From Sphacelaria rigidula (Eukaryota): a stretch of DNA of 61,849 nucleotides. The DNA lies in the NCBI GenBank assembly GCA_964200075.2, contig CAXNAA020000002.1, forward strand, positions 1 to 61,849, given 5' to 3'. Under the pieces are notes generated by a model. That model had not been told where the DNA came from. It searched no databases and saw nothing but the letters and a program-made list of their open reading frames with translations. Positions 53,780 through 61,849 of this stretch are shown piece after piece; position 1 is the first letter of the stretch; each line of letters opens with the position of its first letter. Both the position numbers and the translations under genes were made by a program.

Positions 53780-55570
53780 TTGAGCGCGCAGGTGAGAGCC
53801 AAGCGATTGTTCCTTCTAGAAGATGCTTCCAGATGCTCCTTTTGAGCTTTTAGGTCTTTCTAAATGCTTCTAGAGGCCTCTAGACCTGCTGGTTCTAGAA
53901 CACGTGGATCCTTCTAGCACGGTGTCGATGTTCTATAACCCTGTTGTTTACATCCGTTCAATCATTTCACATGGGATTTTGTATACTGTTGCTACGGAAC
54001 ATCGCGGTGCCGCCGGAATTTGGCTGTCACATTGCAATGTGTAAACTGCTGCAAAATGATTTTTACAGGAAAAGTACGCTGAGGCGCAGCCATTGTTCCA
54101 AAGAGCTCTGGAAATCAATGAAGTTGCTCTGGGGGTGGACCACCCGAGCACGATCACGTCTCGTTCGTGGATGGTGGACTTGTATGAGAAGCAGGGATTC
54201 TTGGACAAGGCTTCTCCTCTCTTGGAGGAGGTTGTCAGCGCCCGTGATCGTGTTCAAGGACGTTCAAGGACATGACCACCCAGACGTCGCTTCAGCGCTT
54301 AACAACAGCGGAGTTGTTGAGGAGCCAGGTGAGAGCCATCATAATTTTCCAGAAATATTCTCAGGGCCGCTATTGGTTGAATTGTTTGTAGTTCTGGGTG
54401 GATCGTTGGCTCACCATACCCCGCTGCTTCCTACACAGGGCAAGTACGAAGAGGCAGACCCTCTATATCTTCGAGCCATTGAGATTGGGGAGAAGACGCT
54501 TGGCCCCGACCACCCAGATCTTGGCGCATTACTCAACAAAAGGGGGTTGTTGAGATTATGTTCCTCCGCAGTTCTATTTTCGATATCTCACTGAAATACG
54601 ATTCTACCACACTGTCCACTGCATCCAGGGCAAAAACGCGGAGGCTGAGCCACTCTATGAGCGGTGTTAGGCGATAAAGGATAAGTCTCTAGGCCCTGAG
54701 CACCCAAGTTTGGCCATAACGCTCAACAACCGGCGCGGTTGTTGAGAGCGGTTATTGAGAGCACAGGTCAGAGCGGTTAGTAGCATTTATTAGTAGTTTT
54801 CGCAGGGTTCATATCGATTGATAAACGTACTTGTGATGGCAGACAACTGCCTTGCCTACATCAAACGGCTGCTTGTAACCCAGGGGAAAGTATGGCAAGG
54901 CCAAGCCACTGTACAAGCGCTCGCTGGCTGTCTGTGAGAAGTTTTATAGTTTTGATCACCCGGAGGTCGCGACAGACCTCAACAACTAGGCGCGCGGGAT
55001 TGTCAGGGCATTTGTTCCTCCGCATTTCTTGTCTTAGCCACAATATGTTTGCGCGTTGACGCTACTACATTCCAGGTCGAAAATGATGAAGCCGGGCCGT
55101 TGTTCGAACGTTCCCTTGCCATCCGCGAAAAAATCCTAGGACCTGATCACCCTGCGGTGGCAACAGCGCTCAATTGAGCGCGCAGGTGATGGCCGACTTT
55201 ATTTTCTGGAAATCAAAGTAAACAGGGGGGAGTGAACGTGAAATTCAAACAATACTCTTGTGGTAGGCAGTCGTTGTTCAAGAACCGGGATCGATGTTTT
55301 CAACCAGATCTTGTTCACATTTGCGGTTTGCGCGCTGGATGAAGCTTGTCAACCCTGCATCTCAAAACGTCCACAGGACAACCACAGGGAGGCAATTCCA
55401 CTTGGAGAGGGCCCTGTCAATCCGCATGAAGAAGCTCGGGGGAAGCCACCCGGACACGGTCAGCGCTCAGAACAACCTGGAATTCATTCGAAAAAAAGTT
55501 CGTGTACAGTTGGGCCGTCTTGCAGGCAAGCCTCGTATACAACCATTGCGCAAAGCCTGGCACTACTGAA
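53780..55570 (+). pseudogene. Array of degenerate TPR exons (NB-ARC-TPR/kinesin-light-chain type)
   Basis: cag| acceptors before 54069, 54439, 54629, 54884, 55076 and 55377, each opening GKYxEAxPL..RAL.I.EK.LGPDHP..A..LNN-type repeats. Stops and small duplications (10-bp GTTCAAGGAC at 54252-54271). Confidence 0.85.
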
Positions 55571-56499
55571 AAATACCTTGTCCCGTGTTGCAGGTGTGAA
55601 GACAAGATCGAAGCAGCTGCCTGCGATACCGGTCACAGCAAACGCGATGCTCAAGATTGGGGGAAAACTTTCATGGGCAAATCGCGTCAAGTGTACGAGA
55701 CGTCGCGTGTCTAGCTCATGTCCACGGCGACTGTGATGCAGAACACATATATATGTCCATTCATGTTGTTGGTATTGACGGTCCTGGTCCGTCTATGGTT
55801 CTTTTTCGCTACCCTTTTGTGCCATGCGCTTGGTATGGGTTGTACCGGACGTGATGTTTTTCATGCGGATTTTTTGCATGCATTGACAATCCTACGGACA
55901 GGGTGGGCGATGTGCCTCGTAGTCGTGAGGCAAGGTGGTGAAAATAGAACCACGTGTAATCGATAGTTGTTTCCAGTCGTACGCAACTTGTGATCTTGAT
56001 TGTTCCTGAGAACTTGATTTTCGAACAGGCTGTTTAGCCACCACATGCCAGCTTGTGAAACTAGGCAAGAACAGCCTATTGTTGTGCTCAGTTCTGATTT
56101 GTAGCGCAGCGTAGCAGCGTATCATGAATAGTGGATCACAAGTAGCCCTCGCCGAAGGTGTAGCGGCCTACGTGTGACACCGAAATTTGGCAGTGCATAG
56201 AACCGTTCCAGCGGTTCCAGAACCGTTCCAAGTAAACACATGAGAATTAGTATACAGCTTCTGAAGGACGTTGTTTTAGAGGTGAGACAACGGGAAGGGC
56301 CCTCTTCTGGCATCGCTTTCTCTAACTCTTTTCGTTCACAACCAACAGCGTTATGGATACCCACTTTCTTTTCACTGAAGGATGTCCTTGTCCACTTTCA
56401 GAAATTCCAAGCAGTTTACGAATTTCCAGCACGCGCGAGCTACCGCCCAACAAGGGTTTACCAACATCACAGCCGTACCGCCGCGAGACAGCTACGCAA

Positions 56500-56970
56500 C
56501 ACCGATGGTGGTTATGGCGGGTTGACACGAGTCACACCCTGCAAGCGAGTTTCACGCGCGGCGAAGGCGTCCAGAGCTCAGCACCGCCCTCTGTCCTATG
56601 GAAATATTGTACTGCCGACAACTTGCTGGAAATCGTACCCGCCTGGTTCCCTTCTACCGCAAAACACCAGGCTATGGAATCCAACAACGCCTGCGTCTGC
56701 TCGTCTACTGTGCGCTCCAGCCTTAAAAAATACCTTTTCCCGAATCAACCTGCGAAAGATGGCCCAACTCCCGAAGCTATGCTTGTAAGTTTGCTGATTC
56801 GACGGCGCGACTGACTGGCGGACGTACTCGCTGCCGAGACTCCGGCACAAAGCGAGACAGCCTCCGGCCCCAAGATCTGTTTGCGCCAACGAAAATCAGG
56901 TTGCAATGCACGTAGGCGGATTTCGATTTCATTGCATTCCCACCGTGAGATGCCATCCGCTGACATGCCC
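56500..56970 (-). mobile_element. DIRS/Ngaro-like tyrosine-recombinase retrotransposon remnant
   Basis: RNase H end ADGISRW overlapping a frame YVRQSVAPSNQQTYKHSFGSWAIF that resembles the YR N-terminus. Confidence 0.55.
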
Positions 56971-57051
56971 CAAATTCTGATACACTGTCACCAACCGATG
57001 GCCCCCTGTTTATGGTACAAGCACAAGAAGACCTAAGCGCCAACTTCCCCA

Positions 57052-58144
57052 TCACTGCTCCGTCGAAGAGCACCCTGCAGGTTGCAGCGTCTCCGGTTTA
57101 CATGAGTCTCGTGGTCGTTTAACACGCTTGAACGCAAACACGAAATCAGGCAGCGGAGGGAGAAGACGCACGATATTCCAATACGGCTCCTGTGATCGAT
57201 TTATCTCCTCCACTTTGCGTGCCGCGCCTGCTACACCCTCGCCCCAAAAGGCCCTCTTTAACCTGTTCATGTGGAGATTGTTGCCGTGCAACGTGGTGGA
57301 CGTCCTCAAATTACTTTCGCGACAGTCTAGGGCGATGTCGTTGAGGTGCTCGACGTACTCGAATCCGTGCTCGTTGGGCGAGCCTGTCACACCAAGCAGC
57401 CACCGATGAAACAGAGTAGACTGGAGAACTTCCAGGCTTTTTGCACCATTGGGCACGAACCGGGTAGTTTTGGCCGAGAGTACTGGTTGACTCGTATCGG
57501 TCGGCGTAGACTGAGTTCCTTCCGGTGTGCAACTCATCGATAACACGGTGGATATGTTTTCTGTCGAACACGAGGAAGGCCAGAACGTCCTCCGTTTCAT
57601 AAGGAGTGACGTCTCCGAGGTGGACGACAGCACATTTGTCGACGAACGCTATATGTAATGTTTCGCATTGTCTGGAAGGTTTTTTACACCATTGCGCACG
57701 AACTGGAAAATTTTGGTTGAGCACGTCAGTTGAATCGTATCGGTCGGCGTAGATTGAGTTCCTTCCGTTGTGCAACTCATCGATAACGCGGTGGATATGT
57801 TTTCTGTCGAATACGAGGAAGGTGGGAGCATTGCCCGATTCATGAGGAGTGACGTCTCCGAGGTGGACCACAGCACATTTGTCAACGAACGCTAGAATGT
57901 TTCGACTTGTCCTGTGCCCCGGGTTTTTCGTTGACGTCCGCCCCTTCACGTCGGCAAAACGGGTTGTCGTGCCAAGCTCGATGTACCAGATGCTATCCAA
58001 GAATATCTTACTAAGGAGAGGGTTTTCACAGTCTGGGCTACGACACAGCCCGCAAGTGCTCGACTCTCGCTTGATTCCCGACATACTCCACGCACAACCA
58101 TGCCCCTCACCTCTGTATCCGTCCACGTAGAGTGTGCGAGGCAT
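57052..58144 (-). pseudogene. Intronless HNH endonuclease-like gene, frameshifted
   Basis: ORF 57311-58144 shifts near 57425 into LFHRWLL...YVEHLNDIALDCRESNLR...NN (HNH_3-like HR...VDH.N...DNR.SNLR). Confidence 0.6.
57434..57893. repeat. Tandem duplication, 243-bp (81-aa) period
   Basis: AFVDKCAVVHLGDVTP..FLVFDRKHIHRVIDELH.GRNS.YADRY..PVRAQWCKKP occurs twice. Confidence 0.92.
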
Positions 58145-58996
58145 AGCACAACGCGTACTAGTTGAGGCCTCACAATCACCAACGCCCTCTCACATTTGTC
58201 CAACCACCCTGCGCCGTGGGGAACACTTGCTATTCGCGAGAGCAATGCGCGCGAATCTTTCCAGAAGGGGCTGATAAGAGAGAAACAAACAGGTGGATGG
58301 TGCGGGGCTTCTTCACTCTGGCTGATTCTGGCCTTATAAAAGTCTAGAACGCCAAAAGTCTGTTGTAGAACGCCGCTTTTTCTAGAAGCCTATACCGTCG
58401 TCTACAGAAGAAGGCCGAAAACAGATCTGTTCTCGCAACCTATCCAAAAGAATCCTCACAAGCATGTGTCGCTGCTTACGTGCTCCAAACCACCATGATT
58501 GTTTGTTATCAACACGATCCGATGCGCATGGCTCACAGAAATCGATCACAAAAATCCGAGCTCAATCGGAGGGAGTGGTGACGAGATACGACCGTTTTTA
58601 TGGGTTGCGCCGCAAACTGTCCCGAAACGAAACAAACGTTTAAGAACCCGCCGAGCGGCGCGCGCTTCCTCTGCCTCCCTCACACACACAGCCCTTCATC
58701 ACCTATCGCAGCAGCAGTCAACGGCCATCAGCAGAAGCACCAGCCAAATTCCCCAAGCTACGTTCGGGGAGATGGAAGGTGCGTGTTTCTCTCCCCTCGT
58801 TGTTTGTCTTGTGGGTGGAACGCGCGTGTGTGTTCTGTCAACCATGGGACGCACATGTAAGATCTCATAGGCGTTGATATCAACACACAGACATTCCCCC
58901 ACCTCCCCTGAACTTCAGTGTTTCTTCCTTAGAGTGTGTCTAAGCCTTCCACTGCAAAAAGTTTTACTTTTGAAGCTATATGGCGAGCGCGTTTAA

Positions 58997-59704
58997 CCCT
59001 TTTAGTACTGGAAGCCCGTTTGGTGACGATTTAGTGACACCTAACTTTAGCCACTGTTCATATGACTTTGCGGTGCACAGACAGTCTTTTGATACCGTAC
59101 AAAGGCCTGAGGTTACCCTGCCGAGGGGTATGGACACTATAGCTACGTATGTGGCCTCCACACAGCTCCACAGCAGCGCTGGGGACACAACTGAGTTGTC
59201 ACGGATATCTCAAAATCACGAAAAAACAAACGTCTCAGCGATTCCAAATTCTGTACTTTCCGCGGCGCCCCCAGCGATTTGAGCCGTTGAGCTGACAGCA
59301 GACACACGCCGCTTCGCTGTAACTCTCGAAAAACACCGTCTGCCGAGCTTAGAGCGGGTTGCCCCGCCCGCCACGCTCTTTTGTGTGCTGGGGGGGCTGC
59401 TTCGTGTGTTTACACACGCAGTAGCCTAGGATTCACCTCATGTCCCAGGCGACCAAGAACTTCTGTATTGTCTAGCACCCGAAAAAAGTTTGACTTGGGT
59501 TTAAGTATGGGAAGTGTCACCAAACGTTTGGGAAAGTTTGACTGCTCTTTAGTATAGGGAAGTGTCACCAAATCGCAAGGGTCCTCGCAGCTGGGTTTTG
59601 AGAGAGACTGTACTCCTCGACCAATCAGCGGGCACCCAGAAAGGCGCGATACATTTTTTTCCGATAACTTTTTTTTCAGAGGGCGTGGGTTCTAAAAGGA
59701 AGGG
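58997..59704. mobile_element. Non-autonomous piggyBac-like element
   Basis: TTAA|CCCTTTTAGTAC...GTTCTAAAAGGAAGGG|TTAA. Subterminal TTTGGTGAC is inverted to two GTGTCACCAAA copies (~59515, ~59562). Confidence 0.7.
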
Positions 59705-61214
59705 TTAAATGCTCAACGCTCACAAGAAGTGGCGGGGGCACCGTGATTTCATTCAGAGGGTATGTTCATGAGCCCCCTTTCAAATCGCCACCCTGCACCC
59801 GTCTGCTAGACCCCCGACCCACCCAAACTTACCCTCACAACACCAAATGTGTTTTTTTTACGTCTTGGGACGTTTCCGCGGAGAAACCCGCCGAAAAGCT
59901 ACGGACCTCCTGTCTTCACGACCACGTTTCCGTATGTATCTCGGCGCCAAATCGTCCGCTGGACCTTTGTTTTATTTTGCTAGATGCGCACTGACCGCAT
60001 CTTCATTTCTGACCGGCCAGAATTTGTTTTGAGGAAACAATGGATTTTTAGATTTGAAAAAGCTGTATTTGCGGCCGATTGTCTATGCTAGTAAAAAGCC
60101 GCATAAGTGGCCGACATGTTGTTCGATCTCGTTCAAATTCGAGGGCAGTGTGTGTCTTGCCTATGTCCACCTGACGCAAAAAAAACGAAGAGAATCCGAG
60201 TTCATGTCGATTTTTAAAGCTTGTATGAAGATTTTCAGCAGTAGTGTTTCAGTCTACGTGGATTGCCCTGAAACCTGGCACCCGTATGTGTTTGGGCCAT
60301 GCCTACCGATCTACGCGAAGAAAAACGATTGAAATCGAAGTACCAGTTGTTATTTTACAGGCATATTTCCTACCCGTACATCCACAAGGCCCCCTTGATC
60401 ACTTACTCCGCCCCCACTCGTCACAGATAGTGCTATGACCCACAAAATGTGCCACGTTTGTGCTCCCGGCCCCTTTGCCTACCATTCGCAACTTCTGAGC
60501 CGAATCCGAGCAGGTGTCTTCGAGAAACGCGCCCGTGCGATGGGATGCTCACGGGACTGTAGTGTAGTAGTGTAGTCAACCAGTTAGAAAACGTACACCG
60601 AGCCGTACACTTTTTTTGGATGGATCGCAGCCAATCAGCAATCGTGCACGTATCGTACAGAGCCGTGCCGTAGTATTTTCAAGTGTTTTTTACGATTGGA
60701 GCATGATTCAAGTTTCCTGGAAACTTTGAGAGCGCCTTATACAAGAGGTATTCGCGAATCGTTTTGAGAACGATTGCAGCTTGTTATTGTGTGGTTTGTG
60801 GTCATGCTTACGCATGAAACATGGTTGTTGAGCGAGTATGATCGTATCGCGTGTGCAGGGTAAATCTCTGGCGTACACGTGGGTATTTGGCATGTGTGTG
60901 TTGTGCTGATATGGTTGGCACGGACGATGCATGGCGTTTGCTGCGAGGAAGATGGCATTGCATGTGCTGATTGGAATATTGGCATACACGTGCGGATTTC
61001 ATATGCTGAGTGGAAATTTGACAGGCATGTGCGAATGTTTGCTCGAATGGTACTGATGTGAATGGTATCTGGTGACGACCTAGGGTGGGGCAGTTTTCAA
61101 TATACTGCTGTATGCTGAATGGAGTAGACCTCATATAATCTTGTTCGCGTAGGAACACAGTTGAATCATATCTGTGCGGGTTGGACGTGCTGACTGCAGG
61201 ATATATGGAATGCC

Positions 61215-61334
61215 GCTGTTAGCGTAAAAATGAGCAATCAACTACGAAATGCGTAGGCTCGTACTGGCTGTAGGATGGTGACACCTGCTGTTAGCGTGAA
61301 AATGAGCTGAAAGGTAAGAAATGCGTAGGCTCGT
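61215..61334. repeat. Imperfect direct repeat, 72-bp period
   Basis: GCTGTTAGCGTrAAAATGAGC and GAAATGCGTAGGCTCGT each recur 72 bp apart. Confidence 0.6.
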
Positions 61335-61849
61335 CGTATGTGAGCAGGTATGACGCGAGTGCTTCCGGTGGTTGAAGATAAAGACATTATGCGCGCATGC
61401 ATCAATGATCTGTGACCGTGGCACGATTTCGTATGAATTGTCACGTGTTTGAACAAGCACGTGGTTGGTTTTTCGTTCCTGTCAGAAGGAGCATGTGGAT
61501 GATGCGTTCATTTCTTCGAAGAACTGGTGTAGGAAACGTGCACGAGTGTCGAGAAATTTATTGTTTCTACCTGTTGGCTGATGCACGGATGGGATATGAC
61601 GGTCCAAGATCCAAACGAGATATCGAAATGTCGGGGATTTGCTCGAACACCAGAGTTTGAAAACGAGATCACGAGGGGTGATCAATGATGGCGGTGGACG
61701 ACGTCCGTTCGCCGTCGTTGGATTTCTATACATGGCTTGAAAAGCGGTTTGAGTCATGGCTTTCCTTTGATTGTCTTGACGAAATGATGGCAAGTTGAAG
61801 CATTGAAGCTCTGACGGCGGGGAGGCATGCGATTGCACATACGTATTTT

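Noticed and set aside
53810-53940. TTCTAGA-rich repeats as a regulatory or CRISPR-like array
   Set aside because: Irregular spacing with no constant repeat length; lies within a TPR intron and resembles simple low-complexity repeat
60550-60580. CACTA transposon end (TGTAGTG)
   Set aside because: Part of a short GTAGT repeat; no matching left terminus found in the window

Overview
Eukaryotic chromosomal DNA, most likely from a brown alga (Ectocarpus-like). Most of it (~1.95-53.6 kb) is a decaying endogenous giant-virus fragment of phaeovirus (EsV-1-like) type. The viral block is gene-dense and intronless. It carries NCLDV core genes (family-B DNA polymerase, VLTF3, VLTF2, A22-like Holliday resolvase, RFC small subunit, SSB, remnants of a YqaJ exonuclease and an A18-like helicase) and phaeovirus-type accessory genes (hybrid histidine kinase, chitin-synthase-like GT2 next to a nucleotide-sugar dehydrogenase, Ser/Thr kinase, J-domain, cyclin, papain-like protease, ankyrin, collagen and fibre proteins). 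About 20 genes are broken by stops, frameshifts or deletions. No major capsid protein or integrase is recognisable in the window. Inside the provirus is an internally deleted IS4-transposase/Fanzor (TnpB) element with both termini and a candidate omegaRNA region (33.0-33.9 kb), plus a second truncated copy (26.8-27.0 kb). There is also a cluster of putative transcription/RNA-processing genes: VLTF3, a degenerate CYTH/RNA-triphosphatase-like gene, a Pcf11-type zinc-finger gene and VLTF2. The left flank has a long-TIR MITE. The right flank has one-repeat-per-exon LRR and TPR modules typical of brown-algal ROCO and NB-ARC-TPR genes, a DIRS/Ngaro remnant, an intronless HNH endonuclease pseudogene with an internal 243-bp duplication, and a TTAA-flanked piggyBac-like element. 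All family calls are motif recognition by eye; no database search was run.
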